From positions 1-40,693 of the forward strand of contig JASIBA010000040.1 in the NCBI GenBank assembly GCA_030041735.1: a stretch of DNA of 40,693 nt. Direction: 5' to 3'. Shown here in pieces: positions 18,145 through 26,492 of the stretch. The first letter of the stretch is position 1. Every line of letters begins with the position of its first letter. A program made the position numbers and the translations under genes. The notes under the pieces were generated by a model. It saw only the letters and a program-made list of their open reading frames with translations, was not told the origin of the DNA and did not search any database. Source of the DNA: Thermoplasmata archaeon. GTDB taxonomy: Archaea; Thermoplasmatota; Thermoplasmata; Lutacidiplasmatales; UBA184.

Positions 18145-19796
18145 CCGGGGCGCGCGGCGCCGCCCCCAGGGCCCGAGGTCAGCAGGGCGTCGAGCAGCCC
18201 GACCGGCGGGCAGCCGGAGCCGAGGAGCGCGTCGTGGAAGGCGCGCAGGCTCCCGTGGAACTGGCGGTCGAGCAGCCGACGCCGGGCGTCGAGGATCGCC
18301 AGCTTCCCGAGCGTGTAGCAGAAGTACTCGGGGTTGAACGTTCCGCGGATCGCCTCGCGCTCCGCCGGCAGGCGCTCGAAGTGCGCCTCCTTCTGAAAGA
18401 GCTGCGTCGCCGTCTCGAGCGTCATCCCCTGCGTGTGCAGGCCGATCGACGCGAGCAGTCGGCAGTCGCGCAGCAGCGCGTCGTGGATCTCCGCGACCTC
18501 CGCGTCGAAGCCGCCCCGCCCGAGACCCTGCTCGATCGCGAGCTGTTCGGTGTAGTGGGCCCACCCCTCGACGAACGACGGCGAGAGGTAGACCTTCCGC
18601 GCGAGGCTGCCGCCCGACCGGTGGAAGTGCAGGAACTGCAGGTAGTGGCCGGGGTACACCTCGTGCACCGTGATGTTCCGGAGGAGGGCGCGATTGAACG
18701 ACCGCAGCCACTCCTCGGCCTGCGTCGGCGACCACTTCGGGTCGACGGGCGTGACGTAGTAGATCCCGTCCGTCGGGCCGGTGTCGAACGGACCGGGCGG
18801 GTTCATGCTCGCGGTCGAGAGGGCCCGGCCCCAGATCGGGGTCTCCTCGACACGACAGACCGCGGGCTCCGGGATCGTCGCGAGATCGTGCTCCGTGACG
18901 AACCTCTTGGTCTCCTCGACGAACTGGCGGGCGAGGGGAAGGACGTCGGGCGCGGGCGGATGGTCCTGGCTGATGCGGTCGAGCATCGCCGGGATCGTCG
19001 TGCGCTGCTGGGCCGCGATCTCGGTCAGGCGCGCTTGGTTGCGGGCGAGGTCCGCCGCGCCCGCGGCCCGGAGCTCTTCGATCGGTGCCTCGATGCCCTC
19101 GCGCACCCACAGCAGCCGCTGGTACCGGTGGGCCCCCAGCGCGAACTCCGGCGTGGACCGCGGCAGGCAGTCGTCGCGAAGCCACGACAGGAACGCGACG
19201 ACCGCGGTCTCCGCGGGCGCGCGCGCCGCCGCGACCCGACCGCCGAGACCGGCGCGCGTCGCGAACTCCTCGGCCTCCCCGAAGTGCGTCGGGAGGCCGC
19301 CCCCGATCGCCAGCGAGAGGTCGACGAACGGCTTGGGCAGGGGTCCGTGGAGCCGGCGGCGGCCCTCCTCGAGGATCCGGGGGACCGCCCCGAGGGTCGC
19401 GACGATCGCGTCGATCCGCTGGGCCGCGGGCGCGTAATCCCGGACCAGGTACGACGTCAGCGAGGCGACGCCGAGGTACGTCATCGGGTTCCGGTCGTAG
19501 TCGCGCGCCTCGCGCAGATCGAACAGCGGGCTCTCGAGCAGCAACTGCAGGAGGAGGCGATCCACGGCGCGATCGGCGGGGAGGTCCGCGTCGGCGAAGC
19601 GGTGGAGCCGCACCAGCAGGGCGTCCGCCCCGGTCGCCCATGCCTCGGTCGCGCCGCTGCTCAGGTCCGGGACCTTCCCATCGTACCCGTGGAGGCCGAG
19701 GCCCACCGCGTAGGACGGCTGCAGTCGGAACAGGTGGTCGATGATCTCTTGCTCGAGCGCGCCGAACTCGGACGGGTCACGTGGCTCCGGAACCAT
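18141..19796 (-). CDS. DUF885 family protein (putative metallopeptidase)
   Basis: HEVYPGHYLQ, FVEGWAHYTE, YTLGKLAI, FHDALL. Confidence 0.9.
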   Translation of the reverse strand: MVPEPRDPSEFGALEQEIIDHLFRLQPSYAVGLGLHGYDGKVPDLSSGATEAWATGADALLVRLHRFADADLPADRAVDRLLLQLLLESPLFDLREARDYDRNPMTYLGVASLTSYLVRDYAPAAQRIDAIVATLGAVPRILEEGRRRLHGPLPKPFVDLSLAIGGGLPTHFGEAEEFATRAGLGGRVAAARAPAETAVVAFLSWLRDDCLPRSTPEFALGAHRYQRLLWVREGIEAPIEELRAAGAADLARNQARLTEIAAQQRTTIPAMLDRISQDHPPAPDVLPLARQFVEETKRFVTEHDLATIPEPAVCRVEETPIWGRALSTASMNPPGPFDTGPTDGIYYVTPVDPKWSPTQAEEWLRSFNRALLRNITVHEVYPGHYLQFLHFHRSGGSLARKVYLSPSFVEGWAHYTEQLAIEQGLGRGGFDAEVAEIHDALLRDCRLLASIGLHTQGMTLETATQLFQKEAHFERLPAEREAIRGTFNPEYFCYTLGKLAILDARRRLLDRQFHGSLRAFHDALLGSGCPPVGLLDALLTSGPGGGAARPG

Positions 19797-19936
19797 TAGA
19801 ATCGCCGTCGGGAGGGGGAGGGGTTCAAAACCTTACTTGCTCGAGTTGACGCAGGCGACGCGCGACTCAAGCGGTCGATAGGTCCGTTTCGCGCAACGCG
19901 CTCGCGCGGTCCGCGGTCGCCTCCGGGAAGCGCGGA

Positions 19937-20347
19937 TCACTCGACCCACTTCATCCCGCACTTCTCGCAGGACCCTTCGTGCAGCTCCGAGCCGCACACG
20001 AAGCAGTACGAGCTCGGATGCGGCTGGATCGGGGCCGGACCCTGCGGTACGGGTGCCGGATCCGGCAGCGGCGGGGGGGGCCGGGGGGCGGCCGGAGTCG
20101 CGGGGGCCGCGGGAGAGGGCACGGACGGGGTCGCCGGGGGGGCCGCCAGCGGCGCGCTCCCCCCGACGACCGGAGCCGGCGTGGGCGGAGCGCGCGAGGG
20201 TGCCGGGGCGGGCTTCGCGGGCGCGCTCGCGGGTCCCGGAGGGCCGGTGGGTCGGGCCGGGGCCGCCGCGCTCTTCGGGGCCGACGCCGGGGCGGCGGGC
20301 TTCTTGGGCGGCTCCTCCTCGCGCTTCCTCCGGCGAAAGAACGACAT
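19937..20347 (-). CDS. Pro/Ala-rich disordered protein with C-terminal zinc ribbon
   Basis: MSFFRRRKREEEPP, a long PA-rich linker, then YCFVCGSELHEGSCEKCGMKW. Confidence 0.7.
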   Translation of the reverse strand: MSFFRRRKREEEPPKKPAAPASAPKSAAAPARPTGPPGPASAPAKPAPAPSRAPPTPAPVVGGSAPLAAPPATPSVPSPAAPATPAAPRPPPPLPDPAPVPQGPAPIQPHPSSYCFVCGSELHEGSCEKCGMKWVE

Positions 20348-20433
20348 GCGACCGTTACGACCCGGCGACGGAAGATAGGGATGTCGGCGCAGTCGAGCGC
20401 ACCGTTTTCCGCCGCGGGGGATACGGAGCCCCC

Positions 20434-20898
20434 GTGCCCACGACCCCCAGCGAGCGGCTGAAGGCCGCCGGGATCGAGCTCCCGCCGCCCCCGGCCCCGG
20501 CGGGCGCCTACAGCCCGGTGGTGGTGCACGACCGCCTCGGCTTCGTCTCGGGGCAGATCGTGCTCGAGGCCGGCGCGGTCGCTCGGCCCGGACTCGTGGA
20601 CCGGGACGTGCCGGCCGACGTTGCAAAGGACCTCGCGCGCCGGGCCACGCTGCAGGCCCTGAGCGCGATCCAGGCGGCCCTGGGCTCGATCGACCGGGTC
20701 CGGCGGTTCTACCGGGTCGCGGTCTACGTGGCCACCTCGCCGGGGTTCGAGAATCCGCATCAGGTCGCCAACGGCGCCACCGAGCTCCTCATCGAGCTCT
20801 TCGGGAACGAGGGACGACCGGCCCGGATCGCGATCGGAGTCCACAGCCTTCCGCTGAACGCCCCGATCGAGGTCGAGTACTGCTTCGCGACGTGGTAG
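20434..20898 (+). CDS. RidA/YjgF family protein
   Basis: RLKAAGIELP, YSPVV, FVSGQI, VANGATELL..LFG..GRPAR, LPLNAPIEVE. GTG start. Confidence 0.9.
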   Translation: MPTTPSERLKAAGIELPPPPAPAGAYSPVVVHDRLGFVSGQIVLEAGAVARPGLVDRDVPADVAKDLARRATLQALSAIQAALGSIDRVRRFYRVAVYVATSPGFENPHQVANGATELLIELFGNEGRPARIAIGVHSLPLNAPIEVEYCFATW

Positions 20899-20906
20899 GG
20901 TTCGCG

Positions 20907-21587
20907 ATGGAGCCCGCCGCGTGGCCCGGGGTGTTCCGGGAGGGTCGGGACCTGTACACGCGGAACGCTCGGCCCGGCGAGAGCGTGTACGGGGAACGCC
21001 GCGTCGCCCGGGACGGGGTCGAGTACCGCCTCTGGGATCCGTTCCGCTCGAAGCTCGCGGCGCTGTTCGCCCGGGGCGCGGTGCCGGCGTTGCCTCCCCG
21101 CGTCGAGCGGGTCCTCTACCTCGGCGCGGCGCACGGGACCACCGCCAGCCACCTCTCGGACGTGTGGCCGGAGGCCGCCCTCTTTGTGGTCGAGAAGAGC
21201 CCGACCTCGTTCGCGCCTCTGCTGGCGCTCGCGCGCCGTCGCGCGAACCTCTACCCGCTCCTCGCGGACGCCCAGCTCCCCGAGCGCTACCGGGCGGACG
21301 TCGGACTCGCCGATGTCCTCTACCAGGACGTGGCCCAGCGCGGACAGGCGGCGATCTTCGCCGAGAACGCGCGCGCCTGCCTCGCGCCGGGCGGGCTCGG
21401 GGTCCTCATGTTGAAGATCCGCTCGGTCACGCAGCGGCTGCCGGCGGCCCAGGTCGTCCGCGAGGCCCGCCGCGAGCTCGGGGTGGCCGGCCTCCCGGTC
21501 CGATCGGAGACGCCGCTCGCCCCGTTCTCGCGAGAGCATGCCGCCCTCGTCACCGGTGGCCCGTCCGCATCTTCCAGCGACCATTGA
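20907..21587 (+). CDS. flpA: Fibrillarin-like rRNA/tRNA 2'-O-methyltransferase
   Basis: PGESVYGE, EYRLWDPFRSKLAA, VLYLGAAHGTTASHLSD, YQDVAQ. Confidence 0.92.
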   Translation: MEPAAWPGVFREGRDLYTRNARPGESVYGERRVARDGVEYRLWDPFRSKLAALFARGAVPALPPRVERVLYLGAAHGTTASHLSDVWPEAALFVVEKSPTSFAPLLALARRRANLYPLLADAQLPERYRADVGLADVLYQDVAQRGQAAIFAENARACLAPGGLGVLMLKIRSVTQRLPAAQVVREARRELGVAGLPVRSETPLAPFSREHAALVTGGPSASSSDH

Positions 21588-21638
21588 TCCGCCCCGCGGC
21601 AAATACCGCGCCCGAGTCCCCGGCCCCGGTGGGAATGC

Positions 21639-23798
21639 GTGGGCGCGACCGTCGGGTTCGTGAGCCTCTTCCTCATCGTCGTGGGCGGGCTGGCGTCCGG
21701 CGCATCGCCGGCCCCGGTCTCCGCCTCCGCCGGGCCGCTCGCCACGCTCCTGCCCGGGAGCAACGGCTCTTCGGCGACCCCGGTGCTCTCTCTCGACCCC
21801 GAGTCGTGGCAGATGCCGACCGGGAATGTCACTCCGGTCGTGGCGACCTGGGGCGGTGTCGCGCCGGGGTGCGTACTCGCCCCCCAGTGGTTCCGGTGGG
21901 CGATCGCGAGCGCGACGCCCTCGGGCTTCCTCAACCGGAGCTCGGGGCCAGCGGTGCTGTTCGAGAGCGAGGGGGCGTCGCCCGGCCCCTCGATGCTCCG
22001 GGCCAACTCGGCCGCGGTCCTGCGGTGCGGCCTCTCGCAGAGGCTCGTGCAGGCCGTCGCGTTCGGCAACGTGACCGTGGTCGCCTCGCTCTCGATCGAC
22101 GATCTCACGCTGCTGCCGGCGCCCTTGCTCCCTTCCGAGACCGCCCGGTTCTCCGGCACCATCCTTGGAGGCACCCCGCCGTACAGCCTGCGGATCAACT
22201 GGACGGACGGATCGGACGCGTACCTCTTGGTGGCCGCGCCGGGTAACTTCTCGGCGTCGCACGCCTTCGTCGCGGGCACCTACGAACCGGTCGTGACCGT
22301 CACGGACGCGAGCGGGCTCGTGGCGCAGGCCGCGGTGCCCGAGTCGGTCGTGGTCAGCGCCGGCACGGCCGTTGCCCTCTTTCCGGCGCGGGCGCGCGTC
22401 GACGTCGGCGAACCGCTCGGATGGAACGCGACGATCGTCCGGACGAGCGCGCCCTGGCTCTCGTACTCCCAGTGCGACGGCCGCATCGTGCCCCCCGCGA
22501 CGCGCGGCTCGGCCGCGACCGCGGGCAACTGCACTTTCCCCGCTCCGGGACCGGCGACGGTCTCCGTCGAGGTCGACGCGGTAGCGTCCGGGGGTCTCGC
22601 CAGCGCCACGGCAGCCGTCTCGGTGGTGCCGGACCCGGTGGTCTCCCCGGATCTCCCCCCGACCCCGCTCGAGGTGGGGGTCGCGACGGACCTGGTCGTC
22701 ACGATCGCGGGCGGCGTCCCCCCGTTCTCGCTCGCCGCCGCGGGTCCGGCGTTCGGGGGACCGACCGTGGTCCCCGTGCGGGGCGACGGCGCGGTCGCGA
22801 TCTCGCTGGAGCCCGATGTCGCCGGGACCCTGCCCTGCACGCTCGAGGTCGTCGATGCGGCCGGGGTTGCGAGCCCGCTGTGGGCAGGCACGCTCACCGT
22901 CCAACCCGCGATGTCCGCCTCCGTCGCGTTCGACGGGGTGGCCGGCCCTTCCGGAGCCTCCCTCGAGGCGACCGGAAGCGTCACCGCCGGGCCACCTCCC
23001 TTCGCCTGGATCGTTGTGCCCTCCGAGGTCTCCGCGAACGCGTCCGCGGAGAACGGGTCGCTGTCCGGGGACGGCTCGTTCGTCTGGACGGGACTGTACC
23101 GCGTCGAGGTGGCCATCGTCGTCGACGTGCTCGTTCTGGACGCGGCCGGTGCGATCGAGACGACCCACGGCACGGTGCCGACCCTGCCGCCGCTCGTAGT
23201 CTCGGGAGGCTTCCAGGGCAACGGCTCGACCCCGCCGGGTTCGATCGGCCTGTCGCTCGTCATCGCGGGCGGCTTGCCGCCCTTCAACATCTCGGTCACC
23301 GCGGGCGACGGCGCCTCGTGGAACTTCTCCCGGGAGGCGGACGGGCCGGCGGACTGGCAGTTGCGCGCCCCGCGCGCGGGCACGATCGCGCTGGTCGCGG
23401 TGGTGCGCGACGCGATCGGGGCGACGGGCGAAGAGAACGGCTCGGTCTTCGTCGCGACGCCGGCGTCGACGTCGGCCCCCAGCTCCTCGCTCGGGCCCGC
23501 GCTCGGCGGGCTCCTCGCGACCGGACTGCTCGCCGGGCTCCTGCTCGCCTGGCGCCGTCGGCGGGGTCGGGCGCCCGAGCGCGCGACGATCGATCCGGTC
23601 GCGGTGCTCCGGCAGATCATCGCGCCCGCTGACGGGGCGGACCGAGCCACCGTGGAGCTGCTGGCGGAGGAGGCCGGCGTTCCCCTCCTCGAGGCCCGCG
23701 CGAGCCTCGATCGGCTGGTGCGGGACGGCACGGTGCGCTCGGAGGTCGACGCGGACGGAACGGAGGTGCTGGCGTGGGAGCTCGACGCCCGCCGCTGA
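21639..23798 (+). CDS. Membrane-anchored Ig/PKD-repeat surface glycoprotein with C-terminal cytoplasmic winged-helix-like domain
   Basis: Hydrophobic N-terminus, four GGxPP(Y/F)-type beta-repeat motifs, 14 N-x-S/T sequons, a TM helix followed by WRRRR, then a helix-helix-wing tail. Confidence 0.8.
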   Translation: MGATVGFVSLFLIVVGGLASGASPAPVSASAGPLATLLPGSNGSSATPVLSLDPESWQMPTGNVTPVVATWGGVAPGCVLAPQWFRWAIASATPSGFLNRSSGPAVLFESEGASPGPSMLRANSAAVLRCGLSQRLVQAVAFGNVTVVASLSIDDLTLLPAPLLPSETARFSGTILGGTPPYSLRINWTDGSDAYLLVAAPGNFSASHAFVAGTYEPVVTVTDASGLVAQAAVPESVVVSAGTAVALFPARARVDVGEPLGWNATIVRTSAPWLSYSQCDGRIVPPATRGSAATAGNCTFPAPGPATVSVEVDAVASGGLASATAAVSVVPDPVVSPDLPPTPLEVGVATDLVVTIAGGVPPFSLAAAGPAFGGPTVVPVRGDGAVAISLEPDVAGTLPCTLEVVDAAGVASPLWAGTLTVQPAMSASVAFDGVAGPSGASLEATGSVTAGPPPFAWIVVPSEVSANASAENGSLSGDGSFVWTGLYRVEVAIVVDVLVLDAAGAIETTHGTVPTLPPLVVSGGFQGNGSTPPGSIGLSLVIAGGLPPFNISVTAGDGASWNFSREADGPADWQLRAPRAGTIALVAVVRDAIGATGEENGSVFVATPASTSAPSSSLGPALGGLLATGLLAGLLLAWRRRRGRAPERATIDPVAVLRQIIAPADGADRATVELLAEEAGVPLLEARASLDRLVRDGTVRSEVDADGTEVLAWELDARR

Positions 23799-24187
23799 CC
23801 GCCGCGGTCCGTCGGGTCGTCGCGACCGGCCTGGTGCTCGGGATCCTGGGCGGGATCGCCCTCGTGGGTCCCGCGGCGCCGGCGCGCGCTCTTCCGACCC
23901 CCACGAGTGCCGTGTCGGAGGAACTTCGTGCCCAGACCAACGACTCTGCCGTAGCGAACTTCTCCGCGGCGATCACGCGACTGGTGGAGCTGGTCGGCGT
24001 GGCGGGCAGCGGATTGCTCGCCCTGGTCTGGGCCCGGGTCGCGCTGAGCTGGTTCTCCCACGACGTCACGAAGAAGGTGCAGGCGAAGGACCGGGCGCGC
24101 GACGCGCTGATCGGCACGCTGCTCTTCGTCGCCGCGCTCTCGGGCCTCATCTGGGGCCTCGCGCACTGGGTGCTCACCGGCACCTGA
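23774..24187 (+). CDS. VirB2/TrbC-like conjugative-type pilin
   Basis: Signal peptide ending APARA, then two TM helices joined by a basic loop (SHDVTKKVQAKDRARDALIG). GGAGGTG lies 5 nt before GTG 23774. An in-frame CTG at 23795 is an alternative start. Confidence 0.7.
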   Translation: MGARRPPLTAAVRRVVATGLVLGILGGIALVGPAAPARALPTPTSAVSEELRAQTNDSAVANFSAAITRLVELVGVAGSGLLALVWARVALSWFSHDVTKKVQAKDRARDALIGTLLFVAALSGLIWGLAHWVLTGT

Positions 24188-24200
24188 CGGAGCGCGGACC

Positions 24201-25334
24201 ATGTGGGCCGTCAGCCTCAGCGCGCTGATCCAAGAGATCCTGTTCCTCATCTTCGGCGGGCTCACCGCCCTGGCCGCGGCGGTCGTGGGCCCGACCTACG
24301 ACAACCTGCTCGTACCGGAGCTCGCGCCATCCGCCCTCTACCCCTCGCTCGTCGGGGCGAACGGCGGATCGTCGAACTATCTCGAGATCGCCTCCCGGTT
24401 CTCCGAGTTCACGTTGGGCGCGATCGTCGACCCGGCGATCGCGCTCGTCGCGCTCGGCGTGGCCGCGATCTACCTCGCCCGGGCGCTCAGCGACCGGTGG
24501 AGGGATCGGCTCGGCGGTTTCCTCCCGCGCCTCCTGATCGCGGTCGTCGCCGCGAACTTCACGGTGCCGATCGCCGGCCTCCTCGTCGGGCTGGGAGGCG
24601 GCCTCTACCCCGTCCTCGTGGGCTGGGACGGCGGTCGCTGGCAGCACTGGATCAACCTCGCCGGTTACGGCGAGGTCCAGTTCTCGTGGGACAACGGAGC
24701 GGTCGCGTTCGTCTTCACCATCGCCGAGTTCTTCCTCGTCTTCGGCCTCATCGTCGCGGTCGCGCTCCGCGACGCGCTGCTGGCGGTCCTCCTCGTCCTC
24801 CTGCCGATCTTCACCCTCCTCTGGCCGTTCGGGGTGCTCGCGCCCCTCGCCCGTAGGGCCTGGCTCCTGTTCGTCGAGCTCGTCTTCCTGCCCTGTGTGC
24901 TCGTCGTACCGCTCGAGCTCGCCGTCGGCAGCCCCTCGGTCGAGATGCTCCTCGCCTACCTCATCTGCGCCCTGGGTTCGCCGTTCCTCCTGTCCACGGC
25001 CGGGAGCCACCTCGCGGCGATCGGATTCCCGGTCGGCGGGGCGACTTCGGCCGGGGGGCTCCAGCAGGGCCTGCAGGCGACCTCGGGCGGAGCGGCGGGC
25101 TACCTGAGCCCCGCGAGCACCCCCGCCGGCGGTCGTTCCTCTCCCCTGGGGCCGGCGCTCGGCAGCGTGGCGCGTGCCGCGGGCAGCGCCAGCGCTCCGT
25201 CCGCGGCCCCGCTCGCCGCCGCCCACCTCGTCGGTCAGGCCGGGGTGCACCTCGTGCGGCACATCGGACCCGGCGCCGGTCGAGCGCCCGGGCCCGGCGC
25301 CTGGCCGCCGGTGCGGGGCGGAGGGCCGGGATGA
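24201..25334 (+). CDS. VirB6/TrbL-like polytopic membrane protein
   Basis: About 6-7 TM, LPRLLIAVVAANFT, RDALLAVLLVLLP, LARRAW...ELVFLP and a Gly/Ala-rich tail. It lies between the pilin and the PrgI-like gene. Confidence 0.7.
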   Translation: MWAVSLSALIQEILFLIFGGLTALAAAVVGPTYDNLLVPELAPSALYPSLVGANGGSSNYLEIASRFSEFTLGAIVDPAIALVALGVAAIYLARALSDRWRDRLGGFLPRLLIAVVAANFTVPIAGLLVGLGGGLYPVLVGWDGGRWQHWINLAGYGEVQFSWDNGAVAFVFTIAEFFLVFGLIVAVALRDALLAVLLVLLPIFTLLWPFGVLAPLARRAWLLFVELVFLPCVLVVPLELAVGSPSVEMLLAYLICALGSPFLLSTAGSHLAAIGFPVGGATSAGGLQQGLQATSGGAAGYLSPASTPAGGRSSPLGPALGSVARAAGSASAPSAAPLAAAHLVGQAGVHLVRHIGPGAGRAPGPGAWPPVRGGGPG

Positions 25335-25335
25335 C

Positions 25336-26121
25336 ATGGCCTCGGCGGACGACGGCCCCCCGATCGTCCCGCTTCCGGAACGGGTCGATCGCCCCCTCCG
25401 GCTCGGCCCGTTCCCCTCGGCGCGGGATGCGCTCAAATTCCTCGCCTACGCGGCCGCCGGCGCGCTCCTCGCGGTGGTCGTATCGCCCTGGCTGGGCCTC
25501 GGCGCCGTCGCGCTCGGGTTCGGCCTCGCGGTCGCCCGGATCGACGGCACCCCGCTCGACCGGCGCGCGCTCGCGATCCTTCGCTTCCACCTCGCCGCCC
25601 CTCCGAAGAGGATGCCCGTGAATCGGGGGCCGGCCTCGGCCCTGGCGCGGCGCGGGATCGTGACGGCCGAGGACGGGAGGTACGTCGCGGTGGTGCGGGC
25701 GGGCGGGGCCCCCGTCGCCTACCTGCCTCCCGCGGAGCTGGCACGACGGTTCGACCGGTTTCGAGAGCTGCTCCGCGCCGGTCCGGGCGAGCTGGTCTTC
25801 CGTGCCTCCTTCGCACCGATGCGCGCCGGACCAGTCCTACCGGAGGATATCCCACCGGACCGGGTCGACCGCGCCGCCCGCGACGGCTACGCGGATCTCC
25901 TGCGCCTGATATGCGGCCGCCGGAGCGTTCGGCAGGTCGATCTGGCCGTCGCCGCGTCGCGGCCGGGCGCGAACGGCATCGACGAGCTGGAGATCCGGAT
26001 CGAGGGGTTGCTCGAGCGGCTGGCGACCCTCGACGTGCCCGCCCGACGACTGCGCGGAGCGCGGCTTCGGGAAGCGGTCCCTCGCGTGTACGCGCCCCTT
26101 CGCGAGGAATCCTTAGGATGA
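25336..26121 (+). CDS. PrgI/VirB3-like protein fused to a TraE/VirB4-N-like domain
   Basis: VPLPERVDRPLRLGPFPSARD + 2 TM + IDGTPLDR (PrgI pattern), then RGIVTAEDGRYVAVVR...LPPAELARRFDRFRELL. Confidence 0.65.
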   Translation: MASADDGPPIVPLPERVDRPLRLGPFPSARDALKFLAYAAAGALLAVVVSPWLGLGAVALGFGLAVARIDGTPLDRRALAILRFHLAAPPKRMPVNRGPASALARRGIVTAEDGRYVAVVRAGGAPVAYLPPAELARRFDRFRELLRAGPGELVFRASFAPMRAGPVLPEDIPPDRVDRAARDGYADLLRLICGRRSVRQVDLAVAASRPGANGIDELEIRIEGLLERLATLDVPARRLRGARLREAVPRVYAPLREESLG

Positions 26122-26492
26122 CCGCGTCGGAAGGACCCCCGGCCCCGGAGTTCGACGCGTTCCGCGTGGCGGTCGGTTTCGGCGTGCTCTCGGGCGCGGC
26201 CGCCCTCGTCCTCCCGTTCCTCGATTCGTTGACCCTCGCTCTTGCCGCCATCGCCCTCGCGGCGTGGGTCTGGCGACGCTCGCCCCGGCCGTTGGGGGTT
26301 CGCCATCGCCCGTGGCTCCGCGCGGCCGGGGGCTGGGCATGCGCGGCCCTCGGCTTCGGGGCGTTCTGGGGACTCTCGGCCCCGCTCTCCTCGATCCGGG
26401 GCCTCGTCCTCGGACTCTCGCTGGTTCCCTTGTGGTGGCTCGATCGCGGGGGGCCGTCGGTCCCGCCCACGGGAGGGAGGGACCCGGGATGA
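26118..26492 (+). CDS. Small 4-TM membrane protein of the T4SS-like operon
   Basis: ATGA overlaps with both neighbouring genes and four hydrophobic segments. Confidence 0.7.
   Translation: MTASEGPPAPEFDAFRVAVGFGVLSGAAALVLPFLDSLTLALAAIALAAWVWRRSPRPLGVRHRPWLRAAGGWACAALGFGAFWGLSAPLSSIRGLVLGLSLVPLWWLDRGGPSVPPTGGRDPG

Noticed and set aside
19820..19895. tRNA-like gggttcaaaacc and a nearby hairpin
   Set aside because: No cloverleaf. It is better explained as the minus-strand promoter about 30 nt upstream of the DUF885 gene.
20907..23798. Read-through fusion of fibrillarin and the surface protein (same frame, one TGA between)
   Set aside because: Fibrillarin is complete, the downstream gene has its own signal-like N-terminus, and a shared frame has a 1 in 3 chance.
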